64,000 nucleotides of DNA from Phaeosaccion multiseriatum (taxonomy: Eukaryota; Protista; Ochrophyta, other classes). Below, in pieces: positions 39,666 through 52,110 of the stretch. Under the pieces are notes generated by a model that saw only the letters and a list, made by a program, of their open reading frames with translations, was not told the DNA's origin and did no database searches. The stretch is from positions 5,704,001 to 5,768,000 of the forward strand of contig OZ218950.1 in the NCBI GenBank assembly GCA_965112735.1, read 5' to 3'. Made by a program: the position numbers and the translations under genes. Numbering within the stretch: the stretch's first letter is position 1; each line of letters begins with the position of its first letter.

Positions 39666-42173
39666 TGGTGGAGGGCATGGAGGACTTCTCAGAGCTTCGT
39701 GAGGCGGTGTATGGGGCGGTGTGCACGTGTGGGGGGGCGAAACATGGAGGCTTGTTGTCGCAGGGCTCGTGTCCGGGTTGCGCTCGGCAGCAGCAGCAAC
39801 AAAGGGCAGTAGATCCACGGGGAAGGCATCGAGGTGAACAGAAAAGACGGAAAGGGAGGCGCTGGTCGTTGCGTAGAGCGTGGAGATTGGGTGCAGCCAC
39901 TGTTGGTATTGTTGGACTCGTGTTCGCGGTAACGACTTTTGAGGGCTCAGAGCAGCAGCAGCAGCAGCGGGTGCGGGAGCAAGACACCAAGCAAGGACTC
40001 GCAGGAGCACCAGTAACAGAGTCGACGACCATCTTCGAGAGCAATGAGCAGAAGGCGTCCCGAGATGGTTCTCAATTTCTAGATTCATCCTCCTCCTCCA
40101 ACAACAACAACAAGAACAATCTGCACGTGAGCCTCTCCAACAAGGACTACGGGGAGTTCAGCGCAGCAGACAGGGCCATGTATGGATTTTCCATGCTTGC
40201 GGAGCCCTTCCGCGAGACCACGCTTACTGTAACCACCAGCGAAGCGGGGAGTAGTGGCAGCGGGATATTTGAGTGGGTAGTGGTCGGCCTCGACGCGGAC
40301 GGACTTTTAGTGGGCCCGACCATGGTAGATGGCGAGCAAGGATACACTGTGAAGACGACTTTCACCAAAGCAGGCCAGGAATACCTTGTTACCGTCGTGG
40401 AGAAGAGCCGGCTCGACGGAAGCATCGTCAACACCTTCACTGACAAGATTGTGTGCAAGTACGTCCGGAGAGAGCTGCGCGAGCTGACTGCGCCAGACAG
40501 AGAAAAGTTCCTCAACGCTCTGGCGACCTTTTACCGCACTTCGCTGGAGGTGGGGCGGGCCAAGTATGGCGAGCACTTTGTCAACGGCGCCGCGGTGACT
40601 GCCATGCACAACGCCGAGGCCTATTGCTACCACGACGGCCTCCAGTTCATTACGTCGCACTGGGCCTTCAACCTCCTGGTGGAGCGGTCTCTGCAGATGA
40701 TTGAGCCGTCCACCTCTCTGGCCTACTGGGACTTTATGGTTGAGGCGGGCACGCTGGGCACGGAATGGCCCGACTCGAAAATCTTTGGGGATGGCATGTT
40801 CGGATCCGCCATTCCGAACCGGGGGGTCAAGACGCAGGCACAGACGAACCTGTCTGCCTCGGCAGAGATGCAGCTTCATGTGCTGCAAGATGGCAAGTTT
40901 GCCTTTACGAGGACGGTGTTTGATCCGCACGATGAACTTGCGGGGCCGGACTTTGAGACCGAGCACAACGGTCTGGGCTTTGTCAATGCGTCTCCCAACA
41001 ACGTCAACTCGTACTTCCTCCTTCGAACGCACAGCTACTGCGGCATGGAGGGCAAGGTACGCAGGTGTTGTCAAGAAGGCCGGGCGGGGGGGCGGGGCGT
41101 GGGGCGTTACCCCTTGCCTTCTGTTTTCCATGACTTCACGTCTCATGACAGTACCCTGGAGAGCGAGTGCACTAATGATGCTTCTCGTCCCTTCCCTTCC
41201 CTTCCCTTCCCTTCCCCCTCCTCTTCAGGTGAGCTTTGCAACTTGCGAGAAGTTCATCTCCTGCTTCGAGGACAGCGCCTCCCTCTGGGACTGGGAGGTG
41301 TGCATGGAGCGAGGTGTGCACGCTAATATGCACGGGTGGATGGGCGGCGCCTGGAGCTGCGGAGGGCTCGACCTCGAAGAGTACCGGCAGAGCAACCCCC
41401 ACCTCACGCAGGAGCTGCTCACCTTCGTCGCGGAGTATGTCACGGCCAACCGCTGGCCGCAGGTGAAACCCTATCTAGAGGAGTACACTACATGCCCGGA
41501 GGAGGACACGTGCCTACCCCCCACCACCACTACCTCTGCCAAGGACGAGGAGACGACAGTCTACGATCAGTTCAACCCGGACAACATGGCCGGGTGCACC
41601 TGTTCCTGCTCTCTGAACGTGGCCGAGCTCCCTCTGGAGGAGGTGCTGTTGCTGTCAAACGAGCTCCTCGCGACCATGAGTAAGGCGTACGATGGGTCCA
41701 CTTTTGTCAAGCAGGACCCGACGAGCAGGGAGTATCGCTTCGTTTCGGGGGGGGAGGTGCTGACACGCGCAGAGATGGTTTCTGTCCTCCGCATGGTGCT
41801 GCACCTTATCTGTAACACGGGGAATGTGGGGCACATGAGCACTGGAGCTTCCCCGAACGACCCCATCTTCTGGGCGCTCCACCCCATCTATGAGAAGGCG
41901 TGGCATGTGCTGCTCTTCTCTTCCGAGTACACAGATACCTACGACATGAAGTGGGTGGACGGCAAGTGTAACGGCTCGAGGCTCGACGACGAGCAGCCCT
42001 TCACGCCGTGGATGCTGCAGCTCCCGGGAGAGCACGGCTCGGTGGAGAGCCACAAGAAGATGACCAACAGGGAACTGCTGCTCGTCTCTGACCCGCGGAA
42101 CGTCAACGTACCCTACCTCTATACAGGATTTGACAAGTGGGGCACGTGCGATTGGGACGGCACGAGGGTCTGA
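39666..42173 (+). CDS. Tyrosinase (type-3 copper protein), N-terminally membrane-anchored
   Basis: One intron 41057-41228. YVRRELREL, CuA (AMH...YHDGLQFITSH), LAYWDF, CuB (VHANMHGWMGG...SPNDPIFWALH); hydrophobic anchor AATVGIVGLVFAV. Confidence 0.92.
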
Positions 42174-42689
42174 AGCAAGTCCAGCACCAACGTTTGAGGA
42201 CTCGAGGGAGGCCCGGTCTACTAGCTTGCTACGGCCAGAAACAGCAAGAAAGGCAGAGAGAATAGCAGGGACCCCCTGGCGACTACAGGCAGGGGGGGGG
42301 GGAGGCCTGCGGGAACGACCAGAGGGGAAGGGGCCCCGTAAGGCCCATCTTGGTCCTATCTCTGATTCATCACACTGATATCTCACACTGGCAGCGTCGG
42401 GTTAAGGGGGGGAAGTAGCACAACTGGGAACACATCGTACGTCAATGGCCCAGGCGTAGGCAATTCCCAAAGAGAGGGAGGCTAGCTAAACCTGCCAGGC
42501 TTGTCATTGTAATAGAGCAGTTTGGATTTGAGTTTCATTGTTTTCCCCAATCGTTCTTTTTTCTTCTCTCTCTCCCTCTTCCTCCTCCTTGTCTCTGTCC
42601 ACCCTAGCTAGTCTCCAGACCTGCCGTCTCCCTCAGGGGGGCGTGCTTGGACACAAGGTTCATAAGACTTTAACAAATCCCGATCCCTC

Positions 42690-45340
42690 GATGAAAAATA
42701 TTGATCCGCAATATCGACTCGAAAACCTGTGTCCACTCATCCCCCCCCCCCCCCCCTTCAAATTATACAGGCCATTATTCCTAAAAAAATACATGTACTA
42801 CTACGAAGTACGAAGTAAAAATAATAAATCAAACAAAAGTCAAAAATACAAAAATACCCCATGAAGAAGTAGCTACGATAAGGTAGCTTTTGTGCTCCAT
42901 GGATGCCCATGGATGGCTGGTGCCCAGCCAACAACCGGAGCTGAGGGCTGTGCCGCTGCGAGGCTGTGCTGGAAGCGGCGAGGCTTGAATTGACTTGAAG
43001 TCCTGTGGGTGAGCCAGATAGGCGGGTTGGTTGTACGACGCTTTTGTGCACCTCTTTCGTCTTGGCGAGACGATAATTACTCTGAGGCAATGCACGGCAC
43101 GCCTTGCTACCGACACACTCTGGGAACCTGCGGGGAGAGGGAGAGCTTACCTGCGGGGAGAGGAAGTGCTCGACGGAGCTGTGGCTGGGCCCACAGCTTC
43201 CAGCTGCGGTACCTAGGCCTACGAAAGCCGACCTCGATTTGTGGGAAAGTTGATCTCGACATGATCGAATCGACATCACCTCATGATCCCTCACTTTCCC
43301 TGTTTCTCCCGGCGCAGCTGTTTCCTGTTCCCGGCGGCCTGTTCTGCCGATGTACGAAAGTCGACCTCGACAGACGAAAATCGACCTCGATACCTGGTCG
43401 AAGTCTAGGAAACACGTCAGGGGTCTACACCTTCAGCCTCCAGCAAGTTGTCTCCAGCCAGCAAAAGAGAGGACGAGCGGGGAGAGAAAGTGCTGGACGG
43501 AGTAGTGGGCAGAGGAGCTGCTGGGCCTGTTCTGAGCTACAGATCAGTTTGGGTGAACACTCCGACGACGGCTGGGTCTGGGAGAGGCTCGGGCGCGGCC
43601 GCGAATGAGCTTTCCCAAGCCCCTTCCATCATGGCTTTCAATACCTTGGATGAAAGCCCCTCTTTTTTCTCTGTATCATCCTCACCCAGCCACAGGCCCT
43701 CACCAAGCCACAGGCCCTCCGGTATTTCCCCCCGGGGGGAAGCCACCGCAGCTGAGGAGGGAATGGTGCTGTGCTGCGGCTGCGGATGTGCTGGCCCGCC
43801 AAGTTCAAGGTCAGACATCAAGAGGGGATCATCATCACCAAGCCACAGGCCCTCAGCAAGCCACAGGGGCCACTGGCCCTTTGGTATTTCCCTCCCGGGG
43901 AAAGAAGTACTTCCTGCCGCAGCTGAGGAGGGAATGGTGTTGTGTTGCGGCTGCGGCAGCGGAGGTGTTGGCCCGTGTTGGCTTTGAGGACGAGGGTGGG
44001 CAGGAGATGGAGCAAACAAGGAGCTCGACTCCTCCTGCGGCAAAGAACCCTCGACAAGTACTACTGGTGGAGCACTTTCTACAACACTACAGAGCATGGA
44101 GACAAGAGGACTGCTGCTCTCGTCTACACCAACGACACCCCCTTCGAGCGATTCGCTCTCGCCTACACCAATGATACCCCCCTTCTCTTCGACTTCGTTC
44201 CTAAGACAACTCACAGGGTTGGAGGTGAAGGAAGCAATTGCGTCCGCAGCGCTCACGCCATAAAGAGGATGTGAGCGCAGGTTCATTTCCTTTCCGGATT
44301 TGTCCGCGCTGGCTAGACAAGGCAAATGCGTGTCCAGCAGCCAACGTGCGGCCTTGTCCCTCCTCTCTCCCACCGTGTACGCCTCACACAACCAGCTTTC
44401 CACAGTCGTATTGAGAGCTGATCGAGTCTTGGCGAACTCGCTGGCGAGCTGGGGTTTAGGTTCAGTCCTCCTTCTCTTCCTTTCTGGCAATTCTTCTTCC
44501 TCCTCTTGCTGCTCGGGTTGTGTCCTTGAGTTGGGGCCAACCTTTTTGGCAAAAAAACCATTCAGATACGCCTTAATGTCCTCCAAGGTCCAGAGGTCGA
44601 GGCATCGGTTGTGAGGGACGGGCCTGCACGTGTCTTGTAGTGTTAGGGGAAACAAGCCTTTCCCCTTTTCGCCATCGTTCCTCCCGAGCCGATCAATCGC
44701 CTTGAAATGCTTGGCCCATGCTTTTGCCAAGCTCGTCTTGTGACCACGGCCGTGTACCCGACCGGCTACCCACACCCGCTGCTTTTCCACTGCGTCCTCG
44801 CCGTACTCGTTGATCAGAGCGTCGGCCTCACAAGGCTTCATAGATACTGCCAGCACTATAAAGCAGTGTAAAGCAGCCAGAAAAAATAATCCAACCTTCT
44901 TTTGGTGGCCCTGCTTGGCCAGGGACGAGGCAAGGCCGCCTAAGAAGCTGGTGCTGGCGCTGGTGCTGGTGCGGCTGCTGGCGCGGCCTCCCGAGCTTGC
45001 GAAAAGCCCATTTCCCCCCCCCCCCCTAAACCCGATGGGGGTTTGCCATTCCCCAACAGCACCACTTTGAAGCTCTCCTCCCCCCCGTTAGGGGAAGCAC
45101 AGCGTTAGAGTGTCCAGCTTCGTTGGGTATGATTTGTGCTTTCTGTGGATGCTGCTGCACACGTCTATCTTTTTTGTATTTTTTTCGTATTTTTTGCTTT
45201 TGTATTTTTTTCGTATTTTTTGCTGTCGCCCGGTTTTGTTTGTTTGTGGATCATCAATCAAATCTATACGCATATATCACGTGGGTACAGCCAGAAATTC
45301 GATATAGATATTTAGAGTCGATCCGTTAGTATTTTCCACT
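42690..45340. mobile_element. Candidate degenerate transposon-like insertion with AT-rich imperfect inverted ends
   Basis: A-rich left end (42690-42860) mirrors T-rich right end (45165-45340), including atcgactcgaaa vs revcomp atcgactctaaa. Encloses an intronless orphan ORF and repeated AAARTCGACCTCGA motifs. No transposase motif or TSD identified. Confidence 0.35.
43537..44841 (-). CDS. Intronless orphan ORF (~434 aa) with internal duplication
   Basis: Long uninterrupted ORF with a complex N-terminal half and duplicated PQPQH.TIPSSAA...EIP...EGLWLG.DD segments. Confidence 0.5.
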   Translation of the reverse strand: MKPCEADALINEYGEDAVEKQRVWVAGRVHGRGHKTSLAKAWAKHFKAIDRLGRNDGEKGKGLFPLTLQDTCRPVPHNRCLDLWTLEDIKAYLNGFFAKKVGPNSRTQPEQQEEEEELPERKRRRTEPKPQLASEFAKTRSALNTTVESWLCEAYTVGERRDKAARWLLDTHLPCLASADKSGKEMNLRSHPLYGVSAADAIASFTSNPVSCLRNEVEEKGGIIGVGESESLEGGVVGVDESSSPLVSMLCSVVESAPPVVLVEGSLPQEESSSLFAPSPAHPRPQSQHGPTPPLPQPQHNTIPSSAAAGSTSFPGREIPKGQWPLWLAEGLWLGDDDPLLMSDLELGGPAHPQPQHSTIPSSAAVASPRGEIPEGLWLGEGLWLGEDDTEKKEGLSSKVLKAMMEGAWESSFAAAPEPLPDPAVVGVFTQTDL

Positions 45341-45414
45341 TTTCTCGGCCCCTCTTCCTTCCTTTTTCCCCACCAAGGGTACTTAAAGTGCCCTTGCACC
45401 CACCTTGCAGCGCG

Positions 45415-46670
45415 ATGGAGCGCATCGTTCTTCAGGTGGTGCCCTTAGGGTCCTTCCTCGATGCTCCTGAGCTCACTGCACTGGCGAGGTGCTCCACGAG
45501 GCTCAGACGCGAGTGGGGTGGCAAGGTTAGTCCTTTTCTTTCTTTTTTTATCATCACCATCTTACCCAAACCCACCCTTCCTTCCCTTCCTCCCTCTCAG
45601 AGCGTGCCATCGGTGTGGCGGGATCTATGCCACCAGCGGTGGCCACACGCCTCGGCCGCCCGAGAGCAGCAACTGGAGGAGGCGAGGAGGGGGGGGGAAG
45701 TGCCTTCCCCAGTCAGGAAGAAGCGGCGGGTGGAACAACGCGCTTATTGCTGGAAGGCGTTCTACATTTCTCGGCACAGAAAGCAGTCCAACGAGAAGGT
45801 TAGAAGCGGAGGGACGACGGCTGCCCTGAAAGAAGCTTAGACTCATTAATTCCCCCTGCTCCCCTCTCGTGCTGCTTCGCGCAGCTGCTGGGTAAATTGT
45901 GGCAACTATTGGAGACGTCGAGGGGGGCGGTAGGAGAGGACGAGGCAGGAGAGAGGGACTCTGACGGCGTCTTGCTGACCATCCTCAAGGAGGCCCCGGA
46001 TGACATAGCCAAGGTCTGCGAGTCGTTCCAGGTGCTGGGTCGCATCGTATACGGCGCCAAGTACTGGTACCAAGGTGAGCGAGTCTAGATTGTATGAGTT
46101 GCACCCCTTCAACTCGACGCACTGCCCTGCTGGGCTCCTCTCTGCATCTCTAATGTCTCTTCTCGCGTCCCGATTACCACTGTCTCCGAAAAAGAATACA
46201 TTTACGAGGAGGACGAGGAGGCCGCGTACTCGTTTGGGATTCGCCTGACTGAGGTGCATCAAGAGCTCACAGAAGGGAGAGACGCCGTCACCGAGCTCCT
46301 GCTCAGCACGGGGTTCTTTGAGAGGTGCCAAAGTCCAACAGAGGGTCTGCTGACACCCACCAGCATGCAGCCGCAGCAGTGTCCTGAGAATGACAACCCT
46401 CGAGGGGGCTGGCGCGGACTCAAAAGGGACATTTTGCCCAGCCAACTCGTGGATGCGGGCAGGGTATTCGGCCCAATGTGGGGGGGCTTTGACATACGAT
46501 TCTGGAGGGAGCAGCAGGGGGGGGAGGGGGCAAGTAGTGGCATGAGCAAGAGCAGCTGCGGCCTTCCTCTGGTTCCTGCCGTTGCCCCATCGAGGGTGTT
46601 CACAGGCAAGGCCTTGGGGAGTGGCGACCTTCTGCGCAGCCTCGGCCTGGTCATGAAGCCGAAACTGTAA
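45415..46670 (+). CDS. F-box-like protein
   Basis: Exons 45415-45525, 45601-45798, 45884-46074 and ~46195-46670. SFLDAPELTALARCSTRLR...VWRDLCHQRWP...WKAFY is a typical F-box and post-F-box pattern. Confidence 0.65.
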
Positions 46671-46846
46671 ATTCGTAGTGGGCTTTAGTGCTCGGTCCCA
46701 ATGGACCTCTTTCTCAGACGCACTTCGCTTTGCGTGTACGAGATGGCAGTCCCGTTCCGTTCCATTTGCAATCTATCGAATGAACGACAAGAGCACGGAA
46801 GACCGCTCGTCCTAGAGATAAGGCAGCGTGGCCTCCTACAGTAGTG

Positions 46847-46885
<39 letters not shown>

Positions 46886-47343
46886 GCCATGTGGCAGCGA
46901 GCGGGCACGTCTGTGGGTGAGGTCCCGCAAGCCCTTCAGTCGTAGTGAGTTTCTTCCGTTTTCTTAGAGCCTACCCCACCTGTCCATGGTCCGAGTAGTC
47001 ATGAGTGGATTGAAAAAAAATAAAAAAGAAGAGAAAGGAAGTGTAAGGTTGTTTGAGGTTCTGGTGAGTGTGTGTGTCTTCATTGTGTCTCCTTACCCCT
47101 TACCTATGGAATACGACCTCGGGGACCTCGGGGGCTAAGTTCCCCGGGGAGGTGAGACGTTTTTTTTTTCTTTCCCCTTTTTTCCTCTTTCTCTCTTTTC
47201 CTTCTTTTTCATTCTTTCATTCTTCTCCTTTCCCTCCTCTCTCCCACCTCTCTCTATGTAGCGTTCCCTCTGCTCCCTCTCCCTCTCTCTCTCCCTCTCT
47301 CCCTTCCTCTCTCTCTTTCATCTTCCGTGGTGCACAAAAAAAA

Positions 47344-48306
47344 ATGGTAGGTCTCCTCTTTTCCCGGCCTTTTTTGTTTGTGTTACTGGTGTGTTGCTGC
47401 ATTTACGCGCAAGAACCCCCACTAATTATGGGGGGCTCCAGTGATGGTGGTGCTGCTCTTACTCAATGTGCAAAAGGTGTTTCGTTTCAGCTCGGGCTTT
47501 CCTCCTCCACAGTGATATTCACCTTCGTTAACCTGGACTACATTGATGCATTCCTTATGTGGGCGAAGTACATTCATACAAATGTAAGCAAGCATGGCTT
47601 ACTGGTGACCACAGCGGACCAAGATGTTTTTGATTTACTGTCTGGATTGCCGATCAGCGGTGGACACGATCTGTCGTTGCACGATCCATCCTTTCTGCAG
47701 TCAATGCACATATGCCCACACTTGATTCCATCTGCGCTACAGTATCCTCGGCACATATGGACCCACCGTGTGCAGGTGCTCAACGAGCTTGTTAGGAATG
47801 GTATATCAGTAATTCTTTCCGACGTGGATGCCATCTGGATAAAAGACCCATTCAGCAGTGCTCTCTTCGACATCGAAATCAACGACACGCCACTATGGGC
47901 GTATGATGCGGTTCTGTCGCGTGGCACATTTCCTCGCGAAGTTGCGGCTAAATGGAGAGGGTACACTGCGTGCATGGGATTTGCTTTTTTTAGGGCTAGT
48001 AACAATACTGTCGAACTGGCGTCCAATATGCTGCAGCGAATCGAAAAAGATGATCAAGTCGCTGTTAATCGAGCAATCGAGGAATTGTATCAGCCAAACT
48101 TTACTGAGAGTCCATCTCATATTGCTTTTGTTGAGGTCAATGCGAAAATCGCAATTCTTCCTTACTCGCTGGTAAAGCGATACTGCGCAAAAAAAGAGGA
48201 TAATACGCCTGTCATTTTACATTGCTTTTCCAAGAGAGGGGGGGGTGCGAAAGAGATGGGATTCAGGGCACACGGAATCGGCTGGGGGGAAGAAAAGGCG
48301 CCGTGA
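47344..48306 (+). CDS. Nucleotide-diphospho-sugar transferase (Nucleotid_trans, GT77-like)
   Basis: Signal/anchor FLFVLLVCCCIYA; FTFVN.DY; W..RV..L..L...G.SVILSDVDAIW.KDPF (DxD); SRG.FP, CMGF.FFR, DDQ..N. Intronless. Confidence 0.85.
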   Translation: MVGLLFSRPFLFVLLVCCCIYAQEPPLIMGGSSDGGAALTQCAKGVSFQLGLSSSTVIFTFVNLDYIDAFLMWAKYIHTNVSKHGLLVTTADQDVFDLLSGLPISGGHDLSLHDPSFLQSMHICPHLIPSALQYPRHIWTHRVQVLNELVRNGISVILSDVDAIWIKDPFSSALFDIEINDTPLWAYDAVLSRGTFPREVAAKWRGYTACMGFAFFRASNNTVELASNMLQRIEKDDQVAVNRAIEELYQPNFTESPSHIAFVEVNAKIAILPYSLVKRYCAKKEDNTPVILHCFSKRGGGAKEMGFRAHGIGWGEEKAP

Positions 48307-48905
48307 TTGATACGGCGGGTGTTAAGATATGTCAGTGGAGAGTCTGTAATTGGGGTCCGGTGATAACCAATTGGGCACTATTTCTTCTCTCGGGTCACTG
48401 TTGTAGGTGAGAGTTTTATTAAGACAATACATTCGTTGGCACTATATGGAGCCCTGTTGGTAACTGCGCTAGGGACATCGTGTGGCTGGGGCCGGTACCT
48501 CCCTCTGCCAAAGAGTAGGAAGGCAAGCACTCCCAAGCTGAGCGCTCCGTTCCGGTCCCAGTAAAGGAGAGAGAAGAGACCAATGCTGGCACCAAGTGTA
48601 TTAATGGTAAGGGCTATCCCACCCTAAGACCACCCTGGACAGCCTCCTTAAGTAAGGGCACTGCCTCTTCACTCGTCGCTGATTGACGCCACGCGGTAGG
48701 CTCGCCTCGCCTCCTCTGCTCCAGCGAGAGACAGAGAGGAGGACTTGCACATCGTTGTGCTGACACACAGCACACACAGTCAGCCCTCAGGCAACAGCGC
48801 ACTCCAGGGAGTCCACAGTGCCCCTCCCTTCCGAGGCAGCCCCCTCCCCCTCCAGACTCTCTCCGCGACGGAGTGAGTGAGTGAGTGAGTGAGTGAGTGC
48901 GTGAG

Positions 48906-50111
48906 TTAAAAGCTGGGCTGAAGGTCGTCGGGGTCGAAATCTAACACCCCCCTCTCCTTCCCGAGGCCAAGGTACTCGGAATGGAGCTCGCATGGGTCGT
49001 CGAAGCCCCTGGAGCTCGCCAGGGCCGAAAAATTATAAAAGTACCCGTTCCACCACTTGAACTGTGACTTGTCCCAAGCAGTGGGTTGCTTGGCTCTCGA
49101 CTCGCACAGCGCCAATATCCTCTCCTCGTATCCGGAGAGGATGGTGACGGCGGCGGTCGATCTCAGAGAGCGGCAGAGTTGGTACGTCATATCGTCCACC
49201 TCTGCGTGCAAGTACCTGCATTGGAACACAGAGGTGGGTGTCAGGGGGGGGGGGCGACGCGAGCATGCCAGGGAGGAGAGTGGAGGCTTCAGGACGACAC
49301 ACATCAGCTTTAGGAAACTTCTGCCTTTTACCTCCCATCGAAAAAAGACACGCGAGTCCGACCCATTGACAAGAGAGACACTCACTTGCCCACGTCCTGA
49401 TACGATGGGAAGTCGTGCAGAGCTCCGATGAGGTTGATGGCGCAATGGAACACGAGCTGCTCGTACATCGTCCTGCTCGGCAGAGGAGGAGAGGAGAGGG
49501 GAGGGGAGGGAGGGGTGGAGAGGGGGAGGGGAGGAGAGGGGGCAGGAGGGAGGGAGGGCCGACGGCAGGCGGTGTTTAGGCGGGGGGTGGGGCTCGCTAG
49601 GCTGACCTTCAGAGAGAAGCGACTCCTCACAGTAACCACATATGCGCATGCATACATGCATGTACACACACATGCGCACGCACAAGACACCCAGCAACAG
49701 AGAGAGGCTAGCCAAGACGTATATATATACACACACAAAGAGAGAGGAGAGGAGAGACACGGATGTTCGAGAGGAACGAACGAAGAAACGAACCAAACCG
49801 AAACCGAAACCGAATGAGCCATTCACAGACAGCCTCCACCCCCCCCTCGCCGGCCACGCCACAACACGACGCCCAGCAGAGCATGCTTTGCCGCTCTTCC
49901 CAAGATACAGTACGGTACGCACCTCCTCCAGTTGTTGTAATCCAGCTTGTTGCAGACGATGCCTCCCCCCTTGAGGCGCTCCACGAGCGCATCAGCCCAC
50001 TTGCCGCACACCGTGCTCTCCCCCGCGTACTTTGCCTCGCCGCGGCCGTCGGTCCCCAGATATACCGAAGTCTCCTGCAGGCGGGGTGGGGTGGGATGGA
50101 ATGGGATGAGA

Positions 50112-50173
<62 letters not shown>

Positions 50174-51742
50174 AGCGATGATGATTATGATCACGGCCAA
50201 TACCACGAAGCCACCAAGTAGGAGGCAGGAGGGTGAGGGGAGTACAAGAAAAAGGGGGAAGTGGGTGGGTGGGCGGGCGAGGGCGACGCTCCTTCTCCCT
50301 CCCCCTCCTCTCCTCCTCCTCCTCCTCCTCCTCCTCCTCCTCCAATTAAGGGCCCCTCTCTACAGTCCGGCACCACGAGGCAGGAAAAAACATGACGGAA
50401 TAGAGCAGACCAAACGCACAAGGACAGACTTGGCACACACACACGCACACACACATACACACAGAGAGAGAGAGAGTGAGAGACAGAGAGACACACACCA
50501 CACACACTCACGTAAGGCTTCCTGCCGCCCGCAATGAAGTGGAGAGTTGCCTGCGTTGTGTCCTTCCGACACAGGCCCTTGGTCTTTAGCATTGGCTCAA
50601 GGACGCCCCCCTGGGTCGGGACAAAAGGACGTGAGATCATCACCCATAGAGTTGTGCGGCCGTTAACAAGCCCGTTAACAAGCCAGTTAGGCAAGCGGGG
50701 TAGCAAGAGGGGCGAGGGGGGATAAAGCAAGACGGGATCAACACACGATGGAATGGATGGCCCGAGCCCCCGAAAGCCCGAGACGCTGATGCTCTTCAGT
50801 ATATTGGCCAAGATGCAAGAGGATAGGCGGCAGGGTACCTGCAGGAAGCACAGGTCCGGCCTCTTGTGATCTGGGCAGCTCTCGATCACGTTGGCCACCT
50901 CATCGTTGGGCACACACACATAGATGGGGAACTCGGACAAAGGACCAGACTCCAGGCCCTGCCAAAGATAAAGGAGACGACCAACAGAGAGACGAAGGAG
51001 ACGTGATGTAAAGCCAGAGACAAAGGAGACGACCAACCGACAGAGAAGGAGATAAGATGCAAGCTTTCCCGGCGAGGTGCGCTTTCCCATCCGCGCGGAG
51101 AGCAGCAGGGTATATGCAGGAGAAAGGGGGAGGCAGGGGAGGACGTTGTTTTAACTCCAAGGCTTCCCCCTTGGTCACTGTGAGTCCCAAGTCTCCTCCA
51201 GCGACTCGTCCTTCCACATCCCCTTACCTCTATTGTCTCCGGAATGGTGCCCCCCCTGCCCACAATGACATCATTTCCCATGCCCAGGCTCTGAAGCGAA
51301 CTCCCCAGCTTACCGCCGCCCACGATCACGGAAGGTCCATCGAATTTCTCCTCGGGCACAATGCCTGCCAACAGATTCTGGTAATCCTCCACCGCCTGGG
51401 GGTTGCTCCACACCTGAAAGACACAAAGTAGAGAAAATATGAGCGAAACAACACCTCGACCAATAGAACACCTCTTTCTCCAACGTCCTCCTCCTCCCCT
51501 CCCCCCTGAAACATGCACCACCCTACCTGCATCACCAAGTTGGAGCCACGGGCAACCCCTCCGGTATTGCGTGTGCTTATACTTGCTCTGCTTCCTCCCC
51601 CAACCGATGATGCGAGTGTCTTGAAGGCCCCCGAAGGCCTCACGACCAGGCCCTGGATGGGAGACGCGAGTAGCACCCCAACCACACATAGACAAAAGGC
51701 GCTCTTCCAAGGCCTCTTCCTGCTGCCGCTGCCCGGCTCCAT
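48906..51742 (-). CDS. Putative plastid Rossmann-fold protein (At1g16080-like, ketopantoate-reductase-like fold)
   Basis: Spliced exons give VIVGGGKLG..L..LG.G.D..V.RG, PIYVC..ND, DL.FLQ.G.LEP, GKWA.AL..RL..GG..C, EQL.F, FKWWNGYFY and DPC.LH.E.L, as I recall for the plant At1g16080 family. N-terminal signal plus Ser-rich transit-like peptide. Confidence 0.75.
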
Positions 51743-52110
51743 CTTCACAAAAACTCCTCCGCCCCTCTCCCTACTCTCTCTTGTCCTGGGAATTGAAAGG
51801 CCAAGGTAAAACTCCCTATATCCCTCGCCAGCATAATCCAGCCAAGGCACGACATTTATGTCAACGAAGGTGGGAGGGCCACCCCGCAGCGGAAACGCTC
51901 GTAACGTCGCGCGCCTCTTATCCCTCTGAGAGAGCAACACAGGACGAGGAAGGGGACTTGGGGAAGATGAGGAGACGAAGGACGAACCGAGGGTGAAGTC
52001 TCATGAAGACCGTGTGCAAAAAAGTTGCTTTGGGAATGATATTTTGCGTTTTCCTCATTGCCCCCCGCTGAGCATGGAGCAGCAGTAGCAACAGGAGCAG
52101 TACAGCAGCC

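Noticed and set aside
49823-50537. Poly-Met/Ile/His/Asp ORFs
   Set aside because: These are translations of an intronic (GAT)n microsatellite in the At1g16080-like gene.
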